From contig CAWAGQ010000004.1 in the NCBI GenBank assembly GCA_963781585.1, positions 1 through 64,000 of the forward strand: a stretch of 64,000 bases of DNA, in the 5' to 3' direction. A model generated the notes under the pieces. That model was not told the DNA's origin and ran no database searches. It worked only from the letters and a program-made list of their open reading frames with translations. The stretch's first letter is position 1. Each line of letters starts with the position of its first letter. The position numbers and the translations under genes are program-made. The DNA is from an uncultured Gemmatimonadaceae bacterium (GTDB lineage Bacteria > Gemmatimonadota > Gemmatimonadetes > Gemmatimonadales > Gemmatimonadaceae). This document shows positions 11,350-20,578 of the stretch, one piece after another.

Positions 11350-11749
11350 ATGACAATGACCGATCCCATCGCCGACATGCTCACGCGCATCCGCAATGCG
11401 TGCGGATCGAAACATCGTCGCGTGGACATGCCAGCGTCGAAGATGAAGGTGGAGATCGCCCGCATCCTGAAGGAAACCAACTTCATTCAGGACTTTCGCG
11501 TGCTCGACATCGGAGAACGGACATCGGATACTGCGGGTGATACTGCGGTACGCCGGCGGGCAGCCGGTCATCCGCCAGTTGAAGCGCGTGTCGTCACCTG
11601 GGCTCCGCAAATACGTGGGTGTCGCCGAAATCCCGCGCGTGCGGAACGGACTGGGCATGGCGATACTGAGCACGTCGCAGGGTCTCATGTCGGATTCACA
11701 GGCACGACGTGCTCACACCGGCGGCGAGTTGCTCGCCTTCGTCTGGTAG
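11350..11749 (+). CDS. rpsH: 30S ribosomal protein S8 (frameshift near 11520)
   Basis: [46 protein letters not shown]. Confidence 0.96.
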
Positions 11750-11761
11750 GAGGAATGAGCG

Positions 11762-12304
11762 ATGTCCCGCGTTGGATACAAGCCGATGCCTGTGCCCTAG
11801 GGAGTTACCGTCGCGATCGACGGCACTACGCTGACGGTGAAAGGGCCGAAGGGTGAACTCAAGCGGACCTTTCACCCCGAGCTGACGCTCGCGGTGGACA
11901 ACAGCGTACTGAAGGTGGGGCGGCCGTCCGACGAGCCGCACCACAAGGCCATACATGGGCTCACACGGGCGCTGGCCGCGAACATGATCGAAGGGGTGGC
12001 GAAGGGCTATGTGCGCCAGCTCGAGATCACCGGTGTCGGCTACAAGGCGGAAGTGCGGCCCGCCGGGCTGCTGTTTTCCCTGGGATACTCGCATACCATT
12101 GAAGTGAAGGCGCCGCCGGGCATCAAGCTCACCGCGCCGCAGCCGACCCAGGTGACGGTGGAGGGGGCGGACAAGGAGGTGGTGGGGCAGGTGGCGGCCG
12201 AGATCCGGTCCCTTCGGCCGCCCGAACCCTACAAGGGGAAGGGCATCAAGTACGCCGGCGAAATCATCCGGCGCAAAGCCGGCAAGACGGGAGCCAAGGC
12301 ATGA
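11762..12304 (+). CDS. rplF: 50S ribosomal protein L6 (in-frame TAG at 11798)
   Basis: [40 protein letters not shown]. Confidence 0.96.
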
Positions 12305-12654
12305 GGAGCGGGATTCCGAAAACAAAGAGCGAGCGCCGCCTTCGGCGTCACCTTCGCGTGCGCAAACGGGTAGGTGGCACGGGCGAGCGTCCGCGACTGG
12401 TGGTCTTTCGCTCACTGAAGCACATCTCGGCGCAGCTGGTCGATGATGGGGCGCGACGTACGCTGCTCACCGTGACCGACGGCGGCATCGATGGTTCGAA
12501 GACGCAGCGCGCGGGAGAAGTGGGCAAGCGCCTCGCCGAGCTGGCCAAACAAACGGGCGTGTCGCGAATCGTGTTCGATCGTGGCGGGTATCGCTATCAC
12601 GGCCGGGTAAAAGCACTGGCCGACGGCGCCCGAGAGGGCGGACTGGAGTTCTGA
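12301..12654 (+). CDS. rplR: 50S ribosomal protein L18
   Basis: [40 protein letters not shown]. Confidence 0.97.
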   Translation: MRSGIPKTKSERRLRRHLRVRKRVGGTGERPRLVVFRSLKHISAQLVDDGARRTLLTVTDGGIDGSKTQRAGEVGKRLAELAKQTGVSRIVFDRGGYRYHGRVKALADGAREGGLEF

Positions 12655-12655
12655 C

Positions 12656-13402
12656 ATGGCTGAAAAAGAGGAAGGCGGCGAGACGACGGCAGCAGCTGCT
12701 CCCACCGAGCCGAGGCGTGGTGGTGGGGGAGGACGTGGAGGTGGACGGGGTGGTGGCGGTGGTGGTCGAGGCGGTCGCGGGGGTGGGCGCAGCGGCGGTG
12801 GCGCGGGACGTGGTCGCGACGGCCCTGGTGGTGGCGGTCGCGATGGTGGTCGCGGCGGCCGGGGTGGTGACGGTCAGGCTCGGGAAGGGTCCGAGCTCCT
12901 CGAAAACGTCATTGCGATCAACCGGGTGGCGAAGGTCGTGAAGGGTGGGCGCCGGTTCTCGTTCAACGCGCTCGTCGCAGTGGGCGATGGGAAAGGCAGG
13001 GTGGGTTTTTCCACCGGGAAGGCGAACGAAGTGTCGGAGGCCGTGCGAAAGGCCGTGGAGGCTGCCCGCCGCCATATGGTGTCGGTGCCGCTCACCGGCT
13101 CGACCATCCCGCACGAGATCATCGGGCATCACGGTGCCGGCCGGGTCTTCATGAAGCCGGCTGCACCCGGTGCGGGCGTGATCGCCGGCGGCGCGGTCCG
13201 CGCGGTGCTCGAGTGTGCCGGCGTGTCGGATATTCTCACCAAGAGCCTTGGCTCGACGAATCCGCACAACCTGGTTCGGGCCACGTTCGATGGACTGCAG
13301 CGGCTCACGACGCACGATCAGATTGCACGGGAGCGCGGGGTGGATCCGTCGTCGATTCCGTACCGTTCTCGTGCGCGGGGAAAGGAAGTGGCGCATGCCT
13401 AG
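12656..13402 (+). CDS. rpsE: 30S ribosomal protein S5 with Gly/Arg-rich N-terminal extension
   Basis: [45 protein letters not shown]. Confidence 0.97.
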   Translation: MAEKEEGGETTAAAAPTEPRRGGGGGRGGGRGGGGGGRGGRGGGRSGGGAGRGRDGPGGGGRDGGRGGRGGDGQAREGSELLENVIAINRVAKVVKGGRRFSFNALVAVGDGKGRVGFSTGKANEVSEAVRKAVEAARRHMVSVPLTGSTIPHEIIGHHGAGRVFMKPAAPGAGVIAGGAVRAVLECAGVSDILTKSLGSTNPHNLVRATFDGLQRLTTHDQIARERGVDPSSIPYRSRARGKEVAHA

Positions 13403-13649
13403 AACGTTTGTCTGGCACCGCACACGCGGCCCAAAGTCCACGGCCAAGGCGGTTCCGCCCACCGGGGGCAAGGTGAAGATTCGCCAGGTGAGGAGCGGCA
13501 TCGGACATCCCCGGCGACTCCGCCTGACGCTGGAATCGCTGGGACTCCGGCATCATCAGGACGAGGTCATTCAGCAGGACTCGGCCGCGTTGCGCGGTCA
13601 GATCAACAAGGTGCGCCACCTGGTCACGGTGACGCCCGTCGAGGAGTGA
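13395..13649 (+). CDS. rpmD: 50S ribosomal protein L30 with N-terminal extension
   Basis: [28 protein letters not shown]. Confidence 0.93.
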   Translation: MPRTFVWHRTRGPKSTAKAVPPTGGKVKIRQVRSGIGHPRRLRLTLESLGLRHHQDEVIQQDSAALRGQINKVRHLVTVTPVEE

Positions 13650-14122
13650 CGAGCGTGTCGACGCGCGAAAAGATCGGACTGCACAACCTGGGCCCCGCGC
13701 CGGGCTCGCGCCGCGATCGGAAGCGGTTGGGACGGGGTCCGGGATCGGGCACGGGAAAGACGGCCGGGAAGGGCCACAAGGGGATCAAGGCGCGCGCCGG
13801 GCACCACGGGCCGGGCGGCGGGAAGCCGCATTTCGAGGGTGGCCAGATGCCGTTCACCCGCCGGATTCCCAAGCGTGGATTCACCAACCCGTTCCGGGTG
13901 GAGATGCAGGTCGTGGGTCTCGATGATCTTGCCAGGCTTCCAGCCGACGCCGAGGTGACACCTGACGCCCTGGCGGGCGCCGGGTTGTTCAATCCGCGCA
14001 AGGGCCCGGCGAAGATCCTCGCCAACGGTGACGTTGGCCGGGCGATCACGGTGCGAGGGGTGAAGGTGAGTGCCGGAGCCCGTGAGAAGATCGTGGCGGC
14101 CGGCGGCCGCATCGAGGAGTAA
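13646..14122 (+). CDS. rplO: 50S ribosomal protein L15
   Basis: RLGRGPGSGTGKTAGKGHKG, FEGGQMP, RRIPKRGF. Confidence 0.97.
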   Translation: MTSVSTREKIGLHNLGPAPGSRRDRKRLGRGPGSGTGKTAGKGHKGIKARAGHHGPGGGKPHFEGGQMPFTRRIPKRGFTNPFRVEMQVVGLDDLARLPADAEVTPDALAGAGLFNPRKGPAKILANGDVGRAITVRGVKVSAGAREKIVAAGGRIEE

Positions 14123-15454
14123 ATGGCGCAACCGAATCCGGCCGCGGCCCTGGCGAACATTTATCGCACGCCGGAGCTGTGGGACAAGATCAAGTTCACG
14201 GCGCTGTGCCTGCTGCTGTATCGCCTGGGTTCACATATCACGGCGCCGGGCGTCGACGTGGTGGCGATGCTCGACTACTTCCGCAACCAGGGAGGAGGCG
14301 GGCTCCTCGGGCTCTACGACCTGTTCGTGGGCGGCAACCTCTCCCGGGCCACGGTGTTCGCGCTCGGGATCATGCCGTACATCTCGGCGTCCATCTTCGT
14401 GCAGATCGCCGGCGCGGTGATTCCGACGGTCGAGAAGATGCAGAAGGACGAAGAGGGTCGGAAGAAACTCACGCAGTGGACCCGGTACATGACCGTGGCG
14501 CTTGCGGTGGTGCAGGCGTGGGGCTTCGCGCTCTTCACGTCGTCGCTGCCGGGCGCGGTGGCCAGCCCCGGCATGGGCTTCAAGATCCAGATGGTCCTGT
14601 TTCTCACCTGCGGCGCCATCTTCGTGATGTGGCTGGGCGAACAGATCACCGAGCGCGGTCTCGGGAACGGGTCGAGCCTGATCATCTACTTCTCCATCGT
14701 CGAGCGATTCTGGCCGGGCATCGTCGATACGTTCAAGTTCGTCAACACCGGCACCATCGGGCCGTTCTCCCTCGCCATCCTGGGGATCGTCATGGTGGCG
14801 GTCGTCGGCGCGGTGGTGGGAGTGACGCTGGCGGCGCGGCGCGTGCTCATCCAGATACCACAGCGCACCATGGCGCGGGGCCGAATGCGGGAAGCGGCGC
14901 GCAACTTCATTCCACTGCGCATCAACTCGTCGGGCGTGATGCCGATCGTGTTCGCGCAGTCGGTGATCGTGGTACCGGGGGCAGTCGCGCAGTTCAGCCA
15001 GAATGCCTCGGCGCAGCGCATCTCGGAGCTCTTCCAGCCGGGCACCTGGCTGTACATCGGCCTGTCGGCGGTCCTGATCATGTTCTTCACCTACTTCTAC
15101 ACGTCGATCATCTTCAATCCGATCGACCTGGCCGAGAACCTGAAGAAGCAGGGCGGCTTCATCCCCGGCGTGAAACCGGGATCCAGAACGGCGGAGTACA
15201 TCGATCAGGTGGTCACCCGGATCACGCTCCCCGGCGCCATCTTCCTCACCCTCATCGCCCTGCTGCCGATCATCATCGGGCGCTGGATTAACGTGCCGTT
15301 CCGGTTCGGCGGGACGTCGCTGCTGATCGTGGTCGGCGTGGCGCTCGATACCCTGGCCCAGACGCAGCAGCACCTTCTCCTGCGCAAATACGACGGCTTC
15401 ATGAAGAAGGGGCGGGTGCGGTTCCGGGGCCGTTCGCCGACGGGCGGCTTCTAG
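14123..15454 (+). CDS. secY: Preprotein translocase subunit SecY
   Basis: FALGIMPYISASI, WLGEQITERGLGNG, FIPGVKPG, FGGTSLLIVVGV; multiple TM segments. Confidence 0.98.
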   Translation: MAQPNPAAALANIYRTPELWDKIKFTALCLLLYRLGSHITAPGVDVVAMLDYFRNQGGGGLLGLYDLFVGGNLSRATVFALGIMPYISASIFVQIAGAVIPTVEKMQKDEEGRKKLTQWTRYMTVALAVVQAWGFALFTSSLPGAVASPGMGFKIQMVLFLTCGAIFVMWLGEQITERGLGNGSSLIIYFSIVERFWPGIVDTFKFVNTGTIGPFSLAILGIVMVAVVGAVVGVTLAARRVLIQIPQRTMARGRMREAARNFIPLRINSSGVMPIVFAQSVIVVPGAVAQFSQNASAQRISELFQPGTWLYIGLSAVLIMFFTYFYTSIIFNPIDLAENLKKQGGFIPGVKPGSRTAEYIDQVVTRITLPGAIFLTLIALLPIIIGRWINVPFRFGGTSLLIVVGVALDTLAQTQQHLLLRKYDGFMKKGRVRFRGRSPTGGF

Positions 15455-15587
15455 ATGTGGCGCACCGCACCGGGAGGAGACGGGCGCGCGGGGTGACGGC
15501 GCGTGTGCTCGTACCGGCCGCGCCGACGACGATGCTTCGCGTGTCCCGGTGTGGGGGCAGGCGGCGCCTCCCGGACCACGCTCGGGC

Positions 15588-16223
15588 GTGATTGTGCTTC
15601 TGGTGGGGCCCCCCGGGGCGGGAAAAGGGACGCAGGCCCAGCGCCTCGCCACGCAATACGGCCTTCCGCAGATCGCGACCGGCGACCTGTTGCGTGCCGC
15701 GGTGCAGGCTGGTACGCCACTGGGGCTGGCGGCGAAGGCAGCCATGGATCGTGGCGACCTCGTTCCCGACGATGTCATCCTGGGCATCATGAAAGAGTCC
15801 CTGGCGGCACCGGAGGCAGCCCGCGGCGCCATTCTCGATGGCGTGGTGCGCACCCTGCCGCAGGCCGAAGGGTTGCGTAGCGCGCTGCGCGAGCTCGGCC
15901 GCCGTATCGACGCGGTCCTCCAGTTCGACGTCGCCGACGAGGAGATCGTCAGGCGACTGAGCGGGCGCACGGTGTGCGCGCAGTGCCAGACTCCCTACGC
16001 GGGACGGGCGGTGGGAAGCATCTGCGACAAGTGCGGCGGTCGCCTGCTTCGGCGCCGGGACGATGAGCCGGACGCCATCAGGAACCGCTTGGCTGTCTAC
16101 AAGGAGCAGACAGAGCCGGTGCTCGCCTGGTATCGGGGCCACGGCATTCGCGTCATCGCGATCGACGCCACCGGCACCACCGATGCCGTGCTGACACGCG
16201 CCATCGAGGCGCTCGAACGGTGA
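15588..16223 (+). CDS. adk: Adenylate kinase with Zn-binding LID
   Basis: GPPGAGKGTQA, GDLLR, GDLVPD, CAQC...CDKC; GTG start at 15588 assumed. Confidence 0.95.
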   Translation: MIVLLVGPPGAGKGTQAQRLATQYGLPQIATGDLLRAAVQAGTPLGLAAKAAMDRGDLVPDDVILGIMKESLAAPEAARGAILDGVVRTLPQAEGLRSALRELGRRIDAVLQFDVADEEIVRRLSGRTVCAQCQTPYAGRAVGSICDKCGGRLLRRRDDEPDAIRNRLAVYKEQTEPVLAWYRGHGIRVIAIDATGTTDAVLTRAIEALER

Positions 16224-16975
16224 TCACGCTCATGTCGCAGCGGGAGCTGGAGATCATGGCGCGGGGCGGACGCATTCTTGCCGACACCCTGACGCTGCTG
16301 CGCGCGGAAGTGCGTGCCGGAGTCTCGACCAAGGAGCTCGACGCGGTCGCCGAAATGTTCATCCGCTCCCATGCCGGCGCCGTGCCGGCGTTCAAGGGAC
16401 TGTACGGATTTCCTGCCAGCGTGTGCACGTCCATCAACGAAGAGATCGTGCACGGCATCCCGTCGTCCAAACGCGTGCTGCGCCCCGGAGATCTGGTCAA
16501 GCTCGACGTGGGCGTGAAATACCAGGGCTACTTCACCGACTCGGCCATCACCGTGCCGGTCGGAGACGTGGACGTTGAATCCGCGCGGCTGATCGCGGTG
16601 ACGCAACAGGCCCTGGATGCGGGGATCGACGCGGCGCGGGTCGGGAATCACATCGGCGACATCGGCGCCGCCATCCAGACGGTGGTGCGGGAGGCGGGAT
16701 ACACCACCGCCGCCGACCTCGTGGGTCACTACGTGGGTTCCAAGCCCCACGGCGATCCGCAGGTGCCGAATTTCGGTACGCCCAAACGGGGCGACCGACT
16801 CATGCCGGGACTCACGATCGCCATCGAACCGATGGTCAACGTGGGTGGGTCGGCCACCCGCACGTTGCGCGACCGCTGGACCGTGGTCACCGCCGACGGA
16901 TCGCGCTCCGCGCACTTCGAGCATACCGTCGCGATCACCGACGGCGGCCCGCTCGTCCTTACCCGGGCTGCCTAA
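16220..16975 (+). CDS. map: Methionine aminopeptidase type I
   Basis: CTSINEEIVHGIP, LDVG, TDSA, IEPMV, SAHFEHTV. Confidence 0.95.
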   Translation: MITLMSQRELEIMARGGRILADTLTLLRAEVRAGVSTKELDAVAEMFIRSHAGAVPAFKGLYGFPASVCTSINEEIVHGIPSSKRVLRPGDLVKLDVGVKYQGYFTDSAITVPVGDVDVESARLIAVTQQALDAGIDAARVGNHIGDIGAAIQTVVREAGYTTAADLVGHYVGSKPHGDPQVPNFGTPKRGDRLMPGLTIAIEPMVNVGGSATRTLRDRWTVVTADGSRSAHFEHTVAITDGGPLVLTRAA

Positions 16976-17039
16976 CGGCGACTGGGCCCGTCGCGGGACG
17001 GCCTGGCGTCGGGCGCGCGGCCGGTGAAGCGGTGGCGAC

Positions 17040-18575
17040 TCACGCGGCGCCGCCGGGCGTGAGAGCGGCCTCCAGTGCGCGTGAGGCCGTCTGGGCGGCG
17101 GCCGTTGCCCGCGCCACCAACTGGAGCGCCTCCTCCACCAGTGGTTGACCCGGCCCGGGATCGGACATCGCCGAAATGTTGATGCGCACATTGTACGCGG
17201 CCCCCCGGCACGCGGCCTCCGCCAGGAGGGCGGCGACGGCCGCGTCCGAGACCGCGTTGGGGTTCCCCTTTGTGGCCGCCGTGGCCGCCAGCTCCGCGAC
17301 GGCCGCGCACGCGCGAGCGGATTCCAGCGGCACCTGCGCCGCACCCAGCAGCGCATCGGCGATCGCGCGCTCGCGAAGCGCCGCGGCGGCGGCCGGTTCC
17401 TTTGGCAGCCGATACGCGCGCGTGACGGCGTCGTAGGCCCCGGCGTCCCGGATCACCAACGCGGCGAGCTCGTTGCCCAACCCCGCCGCGCGAAGAGCCA
17501 GCTCGCGCATCTCGGCGTCCACCGCCGCGTACTTCTTCCTGCCGATCGTGAGCCCCGCCACCATCTGCGACAGGGCAGCGCCAAGCGCCCCGGCATGGGC
17601 GGCAACCGACCCGCCGCCGGGAGCCGGTGTTGGCGCCGCCACCGACGCGACGAATGCACTGAGCGATTGTCCGCCCGCGATCGCCTCGCGCACCCGGCGC
17701 TCGAGAATCATCGCGGGGACGAAACCTCGTAGCTGCACGTGCCGGGCGCCGGCGTCGAAGAGCGCCCGTTCCGGGACCAGGCCGACGATTTCGCTCCAGG
17801 TGGGCGTGACCCCATGCGCCGACGCCTCCAGGCGGACCATCTCATACGCCAGGTGGAGTGGCGTCCCATCGAGATCCACCAGATTCATCGACACCTGCGC
17901 CTGACCGTCCACCTCCAGCGCCAACGCCCTTACGTAGCGCAGGCCGCCCGAGGAGTGTCGCACCGCCTTCGCGACTTCCTGTGCCACACCCAGGTTCGAC
18001 TCCGGTCCGAGGTACACGTTGAACGCTACCAGGAACGGCCGGGCGCCGATCGCGGTGGCTCCTGCGGTGGGATGAACGCGCGGCTCCCCGAAATCGGGGC
18101 GGCGTGCCGGATTCGTCGCGATCTCGGTGCGCAGCAGCTCGAACTCGCCGCGCCGCACATCCGCCAGGTTCACCCGATCGGGGCGCGTGGCCGCGCGCTC
18201 GTAGAGATAGACCGGAATGCCCAGTTCGGTCGCCACCCGCGCGCCTAACGTCCGGGCCAGCGCGACACAATCCTCCATGGTCGCACCTTCCAGTGGCACG
18301 AACGGGACGACGTCGGTGGCTCCGATGCGCGGGTGCTCACCCCGATGGGTGGTGAGATCGATGCGCGTCGCGGCCTCCTTCATCCCGGCCAACGCGGCGT
18401 CCACGGCGCGCTCCAGGGGCGCCACGAACGTGACGACCGTGCGGTTGTGCGACGTGTCCGACGACACGTTGAGCACTTCGACGCCCTCGACCGACGCGAT
18501 GGCACCGCGGATGGCGCTGATCGCGTTCGCGTCGCGACCTTCGGAGAAGTTGGGGACACACTCGACGAGTTTCAT
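17040..18575 (-). CDS. ftcD: Bifunctional glutamate formiminotransferase / formiminotetrahydrofolate cyclodeaminase
   Basis: MKLVECVPNFSEGR, HNRTV, HRGEHPRIGATDVVPF; C-domain PAPGGGSVAA, GNPNAVSDA. Confidence 0.94.
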   Translation of the reverse strand: MKLVECVPNFSEGRDANAISAIRGAIASVEGVEVLNVSSDTSHNRTVVTFVAPLERAVDAALAGMKEAATRIDLTTHRGEHPRIGATDVVPFVPLEGATMEDCVALARTLGARVATELGIPVYLYERAATRPDRVNLADVRRGEFELLRTEIATNPARRPDFGEPRVHPTAGATAIGARPFLVAFNVYLGPESNLGVAQEVAKAVRHSSGGLRYVRALALEVDGQAQVSMNLVDLDGTPLHLAYEMVRLEASAHGVTPTWSEIVGLVPERALFDAGARHVQLRGFVPAMILERRVREAIAGGQSLSAFVASVAAPTPAPGGGSVAAHAGALGAALSQMVAGLTIGRKKYAAVDAEMRELALRAAGLGNELAALVIRDAGAYDAVTRAYRLPKEPAAAAALRERAIADALLGAAQVPLESARACAAVAELAATAATKGNPNAVSDAAVAALLAEAACRGAAYNVRINISAMSDPGPGQPLVEEALQLVARATAAAQTASRALEAALTPGGAA

Positions 18576-18772
18576 ACCGTCAGCTGGAGAGAATGAGCAG
18601 TTCGACGTTCCACAAGCCCGAGCGCCGGACTGCGGGCGAGCCGGACACCCTCGCCCTGCCGTTCATCGATACGCCGCCGGAGCCGGAAACTAGCGCGTCG
18701 CCGACCACCCTGCAGCCGCCCTTGAGCGTGCGGGTCCCGCGCCGGGCGGGAGCGAGAGGTACTCTCGACGAC

Positions 18773-19579
18773 CTACTGCAACGTACGCAGCATCCAGTTT
18801 TGGAGCGTGCCGTTGCTCGCCACCACTGCGGTATGAGCGGGCGGGATGTCATTCCCTTCGAGGTCCGTGACGACGCCTCCGGCCTCGCGCACCAGCAGCA
18901 TTCCGGCCGCGATGTCCCAGGGGGCCAGCCGAAGCTCCCAGAAGGCGTCGAAACGGCCGCAGGCCACGTCTGCCAGGTCGAGCGACGCACTCCCGGCGCG
19001 GCGGATTCCAGCCGTTTCGCGCAGCAACCGTCCGAACTGGCGCTGGTACCGGTCCAGCTGGTCGAGCGACTTGAAGGGGAATCCCGTTCCCACCAGCGCC
19101 CGGTCCGGTTGCGTGGTGGCCGAGACACGCACCGACACCCCATTCCGAAACGCGCCACCGCCGGAGGTGGCGGTGAACAGTTCCCCGCGAGCCACGTTCA
19201 GCACAACGCCCGCCGCCAGCTCTCCGTCCAGGAGCGCCGCGATCGAAACCGCGTAGGCTGGATATCCGTGCAGGAAATTCGTGGTACCGTCCAGCGGATC
19301 CACGATAAACACAGTTGCTGTGTCGAGGGGCGCGCCCGGCGTCAGTTCCTCGCCGAGAATCGTCGCTCCGGGGACTTCGCGGGCGAGCGCCTCCCGGATC
19401 TGCGCCTCCGCCTGAGTATCCACGTCGGTCACGAAATCGGCGCGCTGCTTTGCCCGCCAGTTCAACGTCGCCGCGTCACCGGCGCGGGCCGCGATCAGCG
19501 CGGCGGCCCCTTCGGCGGCCCGCACGCACACCGTGAGCAGCTCCGTAGCGCGTGCGTTCGGCGATCGTTGCGACGGCAT
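18773..19579 (-). CDS. suhB: Inositol monophosphatase family protein
   Basis: DFVTDVD, GEE, DPLDGTTNF, WDIAAG. Confidence 0.92.
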   Translation of the reverse strand: MPSQRSPNARATELLTVCVRAAEGAAALIAARAGDAATLNWRAKQRADFVTDVDTQAEAQIREALAREVPGATILGEELTPGAPLDTATVFIVDPLDGTTNFLHGYPAYAVSIAALLDGELAAGVVLNVARGELFTATSGGGAFRNGVSVRVSATTQPDRALVGTGFPFKSLDQLDRYQRQFGRLLRETAGIRRAGSASLDLADVACGRFDAFWELRLAPWDIAAGMLLVREAGGVVTDLEGNDIPPAHTAVVASNGTLQNWMLRTLQ

Positions 19580-19603
19580 TCACACTCCCTGTAAGTTGCG
19601 CGG

Positions 19604-20578
19604 ATGCCACGGATCTTCAGCGGCATCCAGCCCTCCGGCGAGCTGCACATCGGCAACTATCTCGGCGCCGTCAAGAACTGGGTGCGCCTGCAGCATGAAG
19701 TCGAATCGTTCCTCTGCATCGTCGACTATCACGCGATCATCAGCGCCCCCCATCCCGACGAACTGCGCACCCGCACCCTCGAGATGGGTCTCTCGCTGCT
19801 GGCGGCGGGGGTCGATCCGGAACGCGCGACCGTTTTCGTGCAGTCGCGCGTTCCGGAACATACCGAGCTGGCCTGGATCTTCAACACGATCACGCCGGTG
19901 GGCGAGCTGGAGCGCCAGACCCAGTTCAAGGAGAAGGCCGCGCGTCAGGAGAGCGTGAGCGCGGGTCTGCTCTGCTATCCGGTGCTTCAGGCCGCCGACA
20001 TCCTCCTGTACAAGGCCGACACGGTGCCGGTTGGCGAAGACCAGCTGCAGCACCTCGAGCTCTCGCGCGACGTGGCCCGGCGGTGGAATCTGCGCTACGG
20101 CGAGCGGTTCTTCCCCGAGCCGCAGGGGCGCCTAACGCCGACAAGGCGCATCGTGGGGCTCGATGGCACGGCCAAGATGTCCAAGTCGATGGGCAACACG
20201 GTGGGCCTGGTCGAGCCGCCTGACTCGATTTGGGCCAAGCTGCGTCCGGCGGTCACCGACCCCAAACGGGTGCGCCGCAGCGATCCGGGCGAGCCCGAAG
20301 TCTGCAACATCTACCATCTGCACAAGGCGTTCAGCCCCGAGTCCACGGTGGCGCACGTGGCAGCCCAGTGCCGCGGTGCGGGCTGGGGCTGCCTCGACTG
20401 CAAGCGCGTCCTCGCCGACTCAATGGAACGAGAATTGGCACCGATACGCGCCCGCGCGGCCGACATCAGCGCGAGACCGGGATACGTGAGCGAGGTGCTG
20501 AACGACGGTGCTGCACGAGCCCGCACCGTTGCCGCCGAGACCATGGGCGGTGTCAGGGAGCGCATGGGGCTGACATGA
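19604..20578 (+). CDS. trpS: Tryptophanyl-tRNA synthetase
   Basis: SGIQPSGELHIGNYLGA, YPVLQAADIL, VPVGEDQ, KMSKS. Confidence 0.97.
   Translation: MPRIFSGIQPSGELHIGNYLGAVKNWVRLQHEVESFLCIVDYHAIISAPHPDELRTRTLEMGLSLLAAGVDPERATVFVQSRVPEHTELAWIFNTITPVGELERQTQFKEKAARQESVSAGLLCYPVLQAADILLYKADTVPVGEDQLQHLELSRDVARRWNLRYGERFFPEPQGRLTPTRRIVGLDGTAKMSKSMGNTVGLVEPPDSIWAKLRPAVTDPKRVRRSDPGEPEVCNIYHLHKAFSPESTVAHVAAQCRGAGWGCLDCKRVLADSMERELAPIRARAADISARPGYVSEVLNDGAARARTVAAETMGGVRERMGLT

Noticed and set aside
11798..11800. In-frame TAG in rplF as pyrrolysine or stop-codon recoding
   Set aside because: TAG is used as a normal stop by many genes here (tuf, rplN, secY); single instance in the error-rich zone
18580..18700. 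ZTP or THF riboswitch in the ftcD leader
   Set aside because: Only a single GC hairpin (18632-18659); the conserved motifs of these riboswitches were not found
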